DNA from: an uncultured Desulfobacteraceae bacterium
Lineage (GTDB): Bacteria; Desulfobacterota; DSM-4660; Desulfatiglandales; Desulfatiglandaceae
Assembly (NCBI GenBank): GCA_964588535.1
Contig: CAZPQA010000005.1
Span: 5,177 to 69,176 of the forward strand
DNA length: 64,000 nucleotides
Direction of reading: 5' to 3'
A program made the translations under genes and the position numbers. Below the pieces are notes generated by a model, which had not been told where the DNA came from, ran no database searches, and worked only from the letters and a program-made list of their open reading frames with translations. Shown in pieces: positions 50,473-59,558 of the stretch. How positions within the stretch are numbered: the first letter of the stretch is position 1; each line of letters opens with the position of its first letter.

Positions 50473-51348
50473 TCAAGCGTTTTTCATAACTTCCAGGGCG
50501 GTCTCCCCCAGATGGGAAAGGCTGGGGGCCACGGTGATGCCCGCCTGTTCCAGGGCCTTGATCTTGTCTTCGGCTTTCCCCTGTCCACCGGAGATAATGG
50601 CGCCCGCATGGCCCATCCGTTTTCCGGGGGGCGCGGTCTGTCCTGCGATAAAGGCCACCACCGGCTTGTTAATGGACGCCTTGATAAATTCGGCGGCTTC
50701 TTCTTCAGCAGTCCCCCCGATCTCCCCGATCAAAACCACCCCTTCCGTGCCCGGGTCTTCCTGAAAACGTTTGAGATGGTCGATAAAGGTGCTGCCGATA
50801 ATCGGATCTCCACCGATGCCGATGCAGGTGGACTGACCCATGCCGACCAGGGTCAGCTGGTATACCACTTCATAGGTGAGGGTTCCACTTCGGGATATGA
50901 CGGCCATGTTCCCAGGTTTGTGAATGTTTCCCGGCATGATGCCCACCTTGGTTTTGCCGGGGGAAATGATGCCGGGGCAGTTGGGACCGATCAAAACGGT
51001 GTCACTCCCCTTCAGGCAACGGCTCACTTTTACCATGTCCAGGGTGGGAATCCCCTCCGTAATACACACAATCACCTTGATATCGCTATAAATGGACTCC
51101 AAAACCGCATCCGCTGCAAAGGGCGGCGGAACAAAGACGATTGACACATCGGCGCCTTCCTTTTCCACAACCTCTCCCACCGTGTTAAACACGGGCACCC
51201 CTTCAACGGCTTGACCCCCTTTTCCCGGTGAGACGCCGCCCACCACATTCGTGCCGTAGGCCAGCATCTGTTGGGTATGAAAAGTACCTTCACGGCCGGT
51301 CATGCCCTGGACCACAATTCTGCTGTTTTCATCAACGAGTATGCTCAT
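50473..51348 (-). CDS. sucD: Succinyl-CoA synthetase alpha subunit
   Basis: [16 protein letters not shown] and RMGHAGA. Confidence 0.96.
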   Translation of the reverse strand: MSILVDENSRIVVQGMTGREGTFHTQQMLAYGTNVVGGVSPGKGGQAVEGVPVFNTVGEVVEKEGADVSIVFVPPPFAADAVLESIYSDIKVIVCITEGIPTLDMVKVSRCLKGSDTVLIGPNCPGIISPGKTKVGIMPGNIHKPGNMAVISRSGTLTYEVVYQLTLVGMGQSTCIGIGGDPIIGSTFIDHLKRFQEDPGTEGVVLIGEIGGTAEEEAAEFIKASINKPVVAFIAGQTAPPGKRMGHAGAIISGGQGKAEDKIKALEQAGITVAPSLSHLGETALEVMKNA

Positions 51349-51366
51349 AATCAGTCTTTCCCCTTA

Positions 51367-51525
51367 GGGCCTCGGCAAAAAATAATTGGGCAAGATTGCG
51401 CCGAATTTTGGTTCGTATGCAAGGCGCATCCGCCAGTGCATATTGGTGGATATGTGCCGGTGGATGTAACGCAGTAGACGAGCCAAAAGACAAGCAAGAT
51501 GTTTAATTATTTATTGTCGAGGCCC
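51367..51525. mobile_element. MITE, 159 bp, copy 2, inserted in the last codons of sucC
   Basis: Same TIRs and body as 25624..25783; flanked by a TTA direct repeat. Confidence 0.85.
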
Positions 51526-52688
51526 TTAACCTGTCCGGCCACATGGTCCGCCGCTTCAGCCAGATCTTTTGCCAACAGGAATGATAAATCGGAATTTTCC
51601 AGTATTTTCCGGCCTTCTTCCACATTGGTGCCTTCGAGTCTTACGATTAACGGTACCTCAATTTGATTTTTTTTGGCCGCGGCCACCACGCCCCTGGCCA
51701 GGATGTCACACCGCAAAATACCGCCGAAAATGTTAACCAGTATCGCTTTGACCCGTGGATCCTTCAAGATGATTTCAAACCCTTTGGCAATCATCTCTTC
51801 ATTGGCACCGCCCCCTGCATCCAGAAAATTGGCCGGTTCTGCGCCGGCCGCTTTGATCAAATCGAGGGTGGCCATGGCCAGACCTGCGCCGTTGACCATG
51901 GCCCCGATGTTGCCGTCCAGGCGGATGTAGTTGAGGTTGTACTGCTTTGCCATCAAATCCAGGGGATCCTCTTCGCTGGGGTCATCCAGGGCCAGCAGGT
52001 CTTTATGCCGGAAGAGGGCGTTATCGTCCAGATTCATCTTGGCATCAACGGCAAAAACCTGGTCGCCTGCTGCAATGATCAGGGGGTTGATTTCAACCAG
52101 GGAGCAGTCCAGGGAGATGAATACATTGTAGATTTTAGCCATCACCGACATCAACCGTTTGACGACCGCGGGGGCCGGTAGGGGATCGAGTCTGTAGATC
52201 AGGTTTCGTGACTGGTAAGGGAGCCAGCCGGTGGCCGGGTCCACATATTCCTTCCAGATCAATTCCGGCGTTTCTTTGGCCACCTCCTCGATTTCCATGC
52301 CGCCGGCCTGGCTGAAAATCATTGCCGGCAACCCCATTTTGCGATCAATGACCATGCCCAGGTAAAGCTCCCTTTCGATGTTTACCCCCTGTTCCACGAG
52401 GACTTTGTGGACCTTAACACCACCCGGTCCTGTCTGTGGGGTCACCAGTGAGGTTTTGAGCAGTGATTCCGTTGTGGCAACCACCTCACGGGGGTCATGA
52501 ACCACTTTGACGCCGCCCCCTTTACCACGTCCCCCGGCATGTACCTGGGCTTTGACGACCCATGGCTGCCCGGCGATAACCCGGCTTGCCTGGGTGGCTT
52601 CATCCGGAGAGGTTACCACCTGACCTTCCGGTACCGGAACGCCGGCCTGCCTGAGAATGTCTTTTGCCTGATATTCATGAATTTTCAT
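51507..52688 (-). CDS. sucC: Succinyl-CoA synthetase beta subunit
   Basis: MKIHEYQAK, GGRGKGGGV, NGAGLAMAT and NIFGGILRCD. Confidence 0.96.
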   Translation of the reverse strand: MKIHEYQAKDILRQAGVPVPEGQVVTSPDEATQASRVIAGQPWVVKAQVHAGGRGKGGGVKVVHDPREVVATTESLLKTSLVTPQTGPGGVKVHKVLVEQGVNIERELYLGMVIDRKMGLPAMIFSQAGGMEIEEVAKETPELIWKEYVDPATGWLPYQSRNLIYRLDPLPAPAVVKRLMSVMAKIYNVFISLDCSLVEINPLIIAAGDQVFAVDAKMNLDDNALFRHKDLLALDDPSEEDPLDLMAKQYNLNYIRLDGNIGAMVNGAGLAMATLDLIKAAGAEPANFLDAGGGANEEMIAKGFEIILKDPRVKAILVNIFGGILRCDILARGVVAAAKKNQIEVPLIVRLEGTNVEEGRKILENSDLSFLLAKDLAEAADHVAGQVKGLDNK

Positions 52689-52706
52689 GGGTGATCCTTC
52701 TGTTTT

Positions 52707-54257
52707 CTAGAGGGGCACATTCCCGTGCCGCCTTTCGGGAATGGTCTCCTTCTTGTTTTTGAGCATCATCAACGCCTTGATCAACCTGGGGCGTGTGTTT
52801 TCCGGGAAAATGATCTGATCGATATATCCCAGTTCGGCGGCTTTAAAAGGGCTGGCGAAGTTGCTTCGATAATCATCGACCAACTCCTTTCTTCTGGCTT
52901 CTGGATCTTCGGCTTCGGCAAGCTCCTTTCTGAAGATGATATTGACGGCCCCTTCAGGCCCCATGACGGCGATTTCAGCGGTGGGGTAGGCATAGTTGAT
53001 GTCGCCCCCATGATGCTTGCTGCTCATGACGTCATAGGCGCCACCGTAGGCCTTCCGGGTTACCACCGTGATTTTCGGCACGGTGGCTTCACAGTAGGCG
53101 TAAATGATTTTGGCCCCGTGTTTGATGATACCCCCGTGTTCCTGGCCGACGCCCGGCAGAAAACCCGGTACATCCACGAAGGTGACCAGCGGAATGTTGA
53201 AGGCATCACAGGTTCGCACAAACCGCGCACATTTCATGGACGCGTCGATATTCAGGCATCCTGCCATATACTTTGGCTGGTTGGCCACAATTCCCACGGG
53301 CATGCCGTTTAAACGACCGAACCCGATGATCATGTTTTGCGCATAATGGCGCTGGATTTCCATAAACTGGTTATGGTCCAGAACAGATGTGATAATGTCC
53401 CTGATGTCGTAGGGAATCCTGGGATTGGTGGGGACCACATTGTTTAACCCCGGATCCGTGCGCATGGGGTCATCAGTGCAGGGGATCGCGGGGGGCATTT
53501 CACGATAACTTTGCGGCATAAAGGCCAGGATTTCTTTCACCCGGTCCAGGGCCGCGTGATCGGAATCCTCGGCGAAATGGGCCACGCCGCTTTTGGTGTT
53601 GTGGGCCATGGCGCCGCCAAGGGCTTCTGCGGTTACCTCCTCGCTGGTGACGGTTTTAATGACCTGGGGGCCGGTGACGAACATGTTGCTGGTTTTTTTG
53701 ACCATCACCGTAAAATCCGTGATGGCCGGTGAATAGACCGCCCCGCCGGCGCAGGGCCCCATGATGACCGATATCTGGGGAATGACGCCCGAGGACCACA
53801 CATTCCGTTTGAAGATTTCACCGTAGCTGCCTAAGGATACAACCCCTTCCTGAATTCTGGCGCCACCCGAATCGTTCAATCCGATGACCGGAGCGCCGTT
53901 CTTAAGCGCCAGGTCCATGATTTTGCAGACCTTCTCGCCAAAAGGGCCGCTCAAGGATCCGCCAAAGACCGTAAAATCCTGAGAAAAGATGAAGACTGAC
54001 CGGCCGCTGATGGTGCCATATCCCGTGACCACGCCATCACCGGGAATTTTCTGTTTCTCCATACCGAAATCCTGGCAGCGATGGACCACGAACTTGTCGA
54101 TTTCCTCAAAGCTCCCCTCGTCCAAGAGGTATTCAATCCTTTCCCGGGCCGTCAGTTTTCCCTTGGCGTGTTGTGAATCGATCCTTTTCTGGCCCCCGCC
54201 CAGGGCCGCTTCTTCGTTTCTTCTCTTAAGTTCACTGATTTTCGCTTCTATATCCAT
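52707..54257 (-). CDS. pccB: Propionyl-CoA/methylmalonyl-CoA carboxyltransferase subunit
   Basis: [30 protein letters not shown] and RKAYGGAY. Confidence 0.9.
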   Translation of the reverse strand: MDIEAKISELKRRNEEAALGGGQKRIDSQHAKGKLTARERIEYLLDEGSFEEIDKFVVHRCQDFGMEKQKIPGDGVVTGYGTISGRSVFIFSQDFTVFGGSLSGPFGEKVCKIMDLALKNGAPVIGLNDSGGARIQEGVVSLGSYGEIFKRNVWSSGVIPQISVIMGPCAGGAVYSPAITDFTVMVKKTSNMFVTGPQVIKTVTSEEVTAEALGGAMAHNTKSGVAHFAEDSDHAALDRVKEILAFMPQSYREMPPAIPCTDDPMRTDPGLNNVVPTNPRIPYDIRDIITSVLDHNQFMEIQRHYAQNMIIGFGRLNGMPVGIVANQPKYMAGCLNIDASMKCARFVRTCDAFNIPLVTFVDVPGFLPGVGQEHGGIIKHGAKIIYAYCEATVPKITVVTRKAYGGAYDVMSSKHHGGDINYAYPTAEIAVMGPEGAVNIIFRKELAEAEDPEARRKELVDDYRSNFASPFKAAELGYIDQIIFPENTRPRLIKALMMLKNKKETIPERRHGNVPL

Positions 54258-54335
54258 TTTGGTCTCCTTGGGGGTTACGATAACAGAAGGGCAGATGCCA
54301 AAGCCCGGTATGCACGGAGTGCTGAACTCTGGTTC

Positions 54336-54632
54336 TTAAGAACGGTTACGTTTCCAATTATGGTATTTTTGAAGGTCTTTTTCCAGAAGATAGATGCAAA
54401 ACAGCAGGATAAACGCGTCGTCAATTTGTCCCAGAAACGGGATAAAATCGGAAAGTATGTCAATGGGGCTGAGGACATAGACGATGGCCAGAACAAAGAC
54501 AGCAATGGATCCGAGAGAAACATCGCGATATTCCCCTTTCCAGTAATCTTTTATTAACGCGCCCAGAAGCTTGAAATCCTCAAGCAGTCGGCGCCACAAA
54601 CCGATTTTGAGCAGATTGTTTCCTTGCATCAT
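54336..54632 (-). CDS. YkvA/DUF1232-family membrane protein
   Basis: YVLSPIDILSDFIPFLGQIDD. Confidence 0.88.
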   Translation of the reverse strand: MMQGNNLLKIGLWRRLLEDFKLLGALIKDYWKGEYRDVSLGSIAVFVLAIVYVLSPIDILSDFIPFLGQIDDAFILLFCIYLLEKDLQKYHNWKRNRS

Positions 54633-54948
54633 AAACCACCTTGCCGAAAAGCGGCCCCATCATGTCAGGATTGTATGATAATTTCAATAAATTTCATCGG
54701 GGTGGATCGGGCGGGCTTCAAAATTATGTTCCGGGTTAGCATGAAGCGCTCTTAAAAAAGTACAAATATTCATTGAATCCAAATTATTAAGACTTGAGCA
54801 GGATCCTCTAATCGCATGATTTCTTCCTATACACATCACCGTGGAAAATAATTGAAAGATTCCCTAATATTGCCCCGAAGCCTGCTCGCGAACATGTTAA
54901 GCTTGGAATAGTGAGCATGAATTTGACATTTCCACCGGCGGCCTAAAT

Positions 54949-56205
54949 CTAAAGCCACAACATTGACAATGGCACAGCGTAATATGATTTCCCACTATTG
55001 CTAAACGGCAGCAATCTCGAACCCGTATAAAAAACAAGGCCATGTTTAAGTCGATCACCGACGAACTCTGCAAATTTTGACAATCCTTTAAAATCACTTT
55101 CTCTTATCGTACTGGAGGCTTTTACTTCAATACCGATCAAACGGCCATCATCCTGTTCAAGAATGATATCCACCTCGTTTTTCCTTTTATCCCGAAAATG
55201 GTACACATTCATCGGTTCTTCGGCCCATGTCATATGTTTAAAACATTCCATCACCACAAAGCTTTCCAGCAAACCACCATAAAAGGGTGATGACAGTAAC
55301 TGCTGTTTTTTCTTCAGTCCCAGTAAATAACATGCCAGGCCGGTATCAATCATGTGCAGTTTGACCATTGTCATTGTTTGACGTTTGGCAGGATTTTTCA
55401 CATAGGGATGTATACGTTTAACAATGAACATCCATTCCAATGCCTCAATATATGATTTGACCACCTTGTCATTCAGCCCAAGATCATTGGCCACATTGGC
55501 ATATTTTAAAAGATTACCACTGAGTCCCGCCAAATAAGGGATAAGTGCCGCAAGTTTTGTGTGATAGTCCCCTTTTGCTGTGTAAATACTTGAAAAATCT
55601 TTAAACAAACGACCCTGCAAATATGACTGCAACCATACTTGTCTGGCCCGGGGACTTTTCGCCTGCAGTTCCGGATAGCCTCCGTCGATCAATGTTTGGG
55701 CTAGTTGCTCTCGACTTATTACAGGAAGATTTACAGGCACAGATAAATTATCATCAAGCAAAAAGTCGATCAGATTAAAATCACCACCAACCTTTTCCGT
55801 GATAGATAAAGGATAAAGTTCAACTCTTGCCATGTGGCCGGGAAGCGCTTCCTGTGTTTTGGCGGAACTGAAAATATCAGCAGATCCCGTGAGAAAAAAA
55901 CGCCCCCGCTCATGGGGTTGTAACTGATCAGAGGCTAATTTAATGGCTTTAATCAATTCCGGAGCATATTGAAATTCATCCAAAACCACTGATTGCCCGG
56001 CAAAAGTATCAACAAAACCATGGGGATCATTAAGGGCTGAAGCAAACGCAGACTGTTCATCAAAAGAGACATAGCGCATCCCCTGATCTTTGGCAATTTC
56101 ACGAGCTAATGTGGTTTTCCCGGCCTGCCTGGGGCCTGTTAAGTACAGTATCCGAAATTCAGACAGTAATTCTTTTAGTAATCTTTTGCTATGGCGTGTG
56201 TACAT
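54949..56205 (-). CDS. AAA_14/DUF4143-type ATP-binding protein
   Basis: GPRQAGKTT, LDEFQ, LTGS, GGYPE, DTGL and EVD...IEVK; AT-rich. Confidence 0.88.
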   Translation of the reverse strand: MYTRHSKRLLKELLSEFRILYLTGPRQAGKTTLAREIAKDQGMRYVSFDEQSAFASALNDPHGFVDTFAGQSVVLDEFQYAPELIKAIKLASDQLQPHERGRFFLTGSADIFSSAKTQEALPGHMARVELYPLSITEKVGGDFNLIDFLLDDNLSVPVNLPVISREQLAQTLIDGGYPELQAKSPRARQVWLQSYLQGRLFKDFSSIYTAKGDYHTKLAALIPYLAGLSGNLLKYANVANDLGLNDKVVKSYIEALEWMFIVKRIHPYVKNPAKRQTMTMVKLHMIDTGLACYLLGLKKKQQLLSSPFYGGLLESFVVMECFKHMTWAEEPMNVYHFRDKRKNEVDIILEQDDGRLIGIEVKASSTIRESDFKGLSKFAEFVGDRLKHGLVFYTGSRLLPFSNSGKSYYAVPLSMLWL

Positions 56206-56497
56206 GATTCCCCAAATGGTATTTTACGAAAAAAACATTACAATAATGCGAATTATACTACACCATAATACTATTTTTACGCAACAATATTACGCGTTTT
56301 TTATCGCCTGAAGAACCAAGCGGCCAAGGTCATATTGGTTGGGAAGTGATGGGACGTCCCATAAGGCACATAAGGCATGGAGGTCATTATTGTTTTCTTC
56401 TCTCTTCCAGCATCGTCGGAATTTTAAAGTCAAAGAAACTGGGATTCAAATTTCGGCCCTTCCCGGCAGCCTTTGAGCCCAGAAAGGTTTTTTTGGC

Positions 56498-56526
56498 TTG
56501 CAAAGAATTTCGGACATAGTTACAAT
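56498..56526 (+). promoter_or_regulatory. Sigma70 promoter of the hdr operon
   Basis: TTGCAA-N17-TACAAT. Confidence 0.6.
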
Positions 56527-56611
56527 GTAGCTACATCTGAAGATTGGCGGGTTGCAACGTTCGGTTTCGGCGGGAATCCCGTTCTTTGGCAAAGGAAGAA
56601 GGAGATAATCA

Positions 56612-56995
56612 ATGACTGAAAAAGTAAAGGGTTCCGTACTGGTTGTGGGTGGTGGCATTTCCGGCATGCAATCGGCCCTGGATCTCGCCAACTCAGGCTA
56701 TTACGTATACCTTTTAGAGAAGAGCCCATCCATCGGGGGCGCTATGGCCCAGCTGGACAAGACCTTCCCCACCAACGACTGCGCCATGTGAATTATCTCT
56801 CCCAAACTGGTCGAGGTCGGCCGGCACTTGAACATTGAACTCATCACCTATGCGGACCTGGAATCGGTGGAAGGGTCCGCTGGGAATTTTAAAGTAAAAA
56901 TCAAGAAGCGCGCGCGAAGCATTGACATGAACCGCTGCACCGGATGCGGCAGTTGCGTCGAGGCCTGCCCGGTCACCCATCAGGCGGTGGTTTAG
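56612..56995 (+). CDS. hdrA: Selenocysteine-containing N-terminal HdrA fragment (127 aa)
   Basis: Not in the ORF track. [10 protein letters not shown]...[20 protein letters not shown]...[12 protein letters not shown]. The in-frame TGA at 56789 replaces the second Cys of the conserved CxxC. AAGGAG SD. Confidence 0.88.
56807..56824 (+). promoter_or_regulatory. Bacterial SECIS hairpin
   Basis: CTGGTCG-AGGT-CGGCCGG stem-loop starting 15 nt after the UGA, with a G-containing apical loop. Confidence 0.7.
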
Positions 56996-57000
56996 GGGAG

Positions 57001-57036
57001 AGTGACGAGTGACGAATGACAAATGACGAATGACGA
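57001..57036. repeat. Intergenic heptamer tandem repeat A(G/A)TGAC(G/A) x5
   Basis: Read directly from the sequence. Confidence 0.8.
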
Positions 57037-57085
57037 ACCGGGAAGGGGAAATCCATGGTTCGTCGCCCCTTGGAGTCTTTTTGTG

Positions 57086-57592
57086 ATGAATGAAAACAAA
57101 GCAACCGAAAATGATGCCGTTTTGGCCATAGACTATCTGGCGCTGGACCGGCTGGTGAGAGAACAATTCAACAACGACAAGGAAAACCTGATCATGATCC
57201 TTCAGGCCATCCAGGCGGAATATAACTATCTTCCCCGACCTGCCCTGGCCTATCTTTCCGAAAAAATAGAAATTCCCCTGAGCCATATTTACGGGGTGGC
57301 CACCTTTTACAGCACCTTCAGCCTGGAACCCCGAGGGAAAAACATCATCAGCATCTGTCTGGGCACCGCCTGCCATGTACGGGGGGCCGGCAAAGTGCTG
57401 GAACGGATTGAAGATACCTTGCACGTGGAAAATGGAAAAACCACTGAGGATGGCCAGTTTACCTTGGAATCGGTGCGGTGTATCGGCTGCTGCAGTCTGG
57501 GACCGGTGGTGAAAATCAACGAAGACGTGTATGGCCGAATCGCCTCAGAGGACCTGACGCAAATTCTGGATCATTACGGGGAATCCCAATAG
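57086..57592 (+). CDS. nuoE: NuoE/HydC-like [2Fe-2S] subunit
   Basis: GVATFYSTF, CLGTACHVRG and RCIGCCSLGP. Confidence 0.92.
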   Translation: MNENKATENDAVLAIDYLALDRLVREQFNNDKENLIMILQAIQAEYNYLPRPALAYLSEKIEIPLSHIYGVATFYSTFSLEPRGKNIISICLGTACHVRGAGKVLERIEDTLHVENGKTTEDGQFTLESVRCIGCCSLGPVVKINEDVYGRIASEDLTQILDHYGESQ

Positions 57593-57607
57593 AACAGGGC
57601 GGTTAAT

Positions 57608-59509
57608 ATGAAGATTCAGCAAATATCGGATATCGATGAAATAGGCCGGAAACAAAGAGATACCCTTTATTTTCCCAAAGAGATCACCATCAACACGGGG
57701 ATGGCGTCTTGCGGCATTGCGGCGGGAGCTGACAAAACCTTTGAGCGGGCCGTGGCCGAATTCGGTGAAAACAAGACGTTTCAAATTCGAAGAACCGGAT
57801 GCCTGGGGTTTTGTGAGATGGAGCCCCTGGTGGAAATCTACCAGAAAAATGGTCCACGGATTGTTTATAAGAATGCCACACAAGACAAAATTACGGATAT
57901 GGTCAATGGGTATACGGCGGGCCAATTTGATAAAAAATGGGTCCTGGGGCAGATGCGTGACCCCCGGTCCCTGCTGGAAGAAGACTTCCTTAATCCCCTC
58001 GAGGGATTTGAACCCGTTCCGGATATCCCCATTCTGGAGGATATCCCTTTTTATGGTCAGCAGATCAAAATCGCTCTGCGCAACTGCGGCTATATTGATC
58101 CTGAAAAAATTGAAGAATACATGGCCAGGGGCGGTTACAAGGCGTTTCTGATCGCTCTTGAAGCCGGTCAACCGGATGGCATCATCGCCGCCATCAAAGA
58201 TTCGGGGTTGCGGGGGCGCGGGGGTGGCGGGTTTCCAACGGGTGTCAAATGGGAGAGTTGCGCAGCTCACCATGGAGAACGCTTCATCATCTGCAACGCC
58301 GATGAGGGGGACCCGGGCGCTTACATGGACCGCAGCATTTTGGAAGGGGATCCCCACGCCATCATTGAGGGAATGCTCATCGCGGGGCTGGCCGTCGGCT
58401 CAAACAAAGGGTTCATCTATGTGCGCAACGAATATCCCCTGGCGGTCAAACGCCTGGTCACGGCTATCCGGCAGGCCACGGATTACGGCCTTTTAGGAGA
58501 ACAGATAGGGGGTTCTGATTTTTCCTTTGAAATGAAGATCTCAACCGGCGCCGGCGCTTTTGTCTGTGGGGAATCAACGGCGCTGATGGCTTCCCTTGAA
58601 GGGGAGGTGGGACGTCCCAGGGCCAAATACATCCACACGGTGGAAAAAGGGTTCCGTCAAAGCCCTTCCAACCTGAACAATGTGGAGACCTATGCCAATG
58701 TGCCGGCTATTTTGCTGAAAGGGTCCCAATGGTTTTCCCAACTGGGAACGGACCACAGCAAGGGAACCAAGGTGTTCAGCCTGGTGGGAAAAATCAAAAA
58801 TACGGGTCTGGTGGAAGTGCCCATGGGCACCAGCCTAAAAAGCATCATCTATGACATGGGTGGCGGGATTCCCAAAAAGAAAGCTTTTAAAGCAGTTCAG
58901 ACCGGTGGTCCTTCGGGGGGGTGCATACCGGAGGAGTTTCTGGACCTGGGGGTTGATTTCAGCGAACTGGCCAAGGTGGGTTCCATCATGGGTTCCGGCG
59001 GCATGATTGTCATGGACCAGGATAACTGCATGGTGGATGTGGCAAGATATTTCCTGGATTTCCTGAAAGAGGAATCCTGCGGTCAGTGCAATCCCTGCCG
59101 GGAAGGGATTAAACGGATGCTGGAGGTTTTGAACCGAATCTGCGAAGGGGACGGCAGGGAAGGGGACATTGAACTGCTTCAAGAGCTCGGTGGCATGGTC
59201 CGGAACTTTTCACTTTGCGGGCTGGGCACCTCCGCGCCCAACCCGGTGCTCACCACCATACGATATTTTAAAGATGAGTATGAGGCCCACATCCGGGACA
59301 AAAAGTGCCCGGCCGGGGTCTGCAAGCCCCTTTTCCATTACGAAATCGACGGGGATGCTTGCACCGGCTGCCGCGTCTGCGCCCGCAAATGCCCAGAGGA
59401 GGCCATCACCGGAGAAAAGAAAAAGCCCCATGAACTGGACCCGGAAAAATGCATCAAGTGCGGCATCTGTTACGACGTCTGTAAATTCGATGCCATCGTC
59501 ATTGCCTAA
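57608..59509 (+). CDS. nuoF: NuoF/HydB-like NAD(H)/FMN subunit with extra FeS domains
   Basis: GRGGGGFPTG, NADEGDPG, GGPSGG and ESCGQCNPCREG, plus an N-terminal [2Fe-2S] domain and C-terminal 2x[4Fe-4S]. Confidence 0.93.
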   Translation: MKIQQISDIDEIGRKQRDTLYFPKEITINTGMASCGIAAGADKTFERAVAEFGENKTFQIRRTGCLGFCEMEPLVEIYQKNGPRIVYKNATQDKITDMVNGYTAGQFDKKWVLGQMRDPRSLLEEDFLNPLEGFEPVPDIPILEDIPFYGQQIKIALRNCGYIDPEKIEEYMARGGYKAFLIALEAGQPDGIIAAIKDSGLRGRGGGGFPTGVKWESCAAHHGERFIICNADEGDPGAYMDRSILEGDPHAIIEGMLIAGLAVGSNKGFIYVRNEYPLAVKRLVTAIRQATDYGLLGEQIGGSDFSFEMKISTGAGAFVCGESTALMASLEGEVGRPRAKYIHTVEKGFRQSPSNLNNVETYANVPAILLKGSQWFSQLGTDHSKGTKVFSLVGKIKNTGLVEVPMGTSLKSIIYDMGGGIPKKKAFKAVQTGGPSGGCIPEEFLDLGVDFSELAKVGSIMGSGGMIVMDQDNCMVDVARYFLDFLKEESCGQCNPCREGIKRMLEVLNRICEGDGREGDIELLQELGGMVRNFSLCGLGTSAPNPVLTTIRYFKDEYEAHIRDKKCPAGVCKPLFHYEIDGDACTGCRVCARKCPEEAITGEKKKPHELDPEKCIKCGICYDVCKFDAIVIA

Positions 59510-59541
59510 CAGCCATAAGCCATGAGCCATGAGCCATGAGC
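59510..59541. repeat. Intergenic heptamer tandem repeat AGCCAT(G/A) x4.5
   Basis: Read directly from the sequence. Confidence 0.8.
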
Positions 59542-59558
59542 TAAAACAAGGATCACCC

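Noticed and set aside
56612-56995. hdrA pseudogene with a premature stop
   Set aside because: The TGA is at a conserved Cys position and is followed by a SECIS-like hairpin, so selenocysteine is the better explanation.
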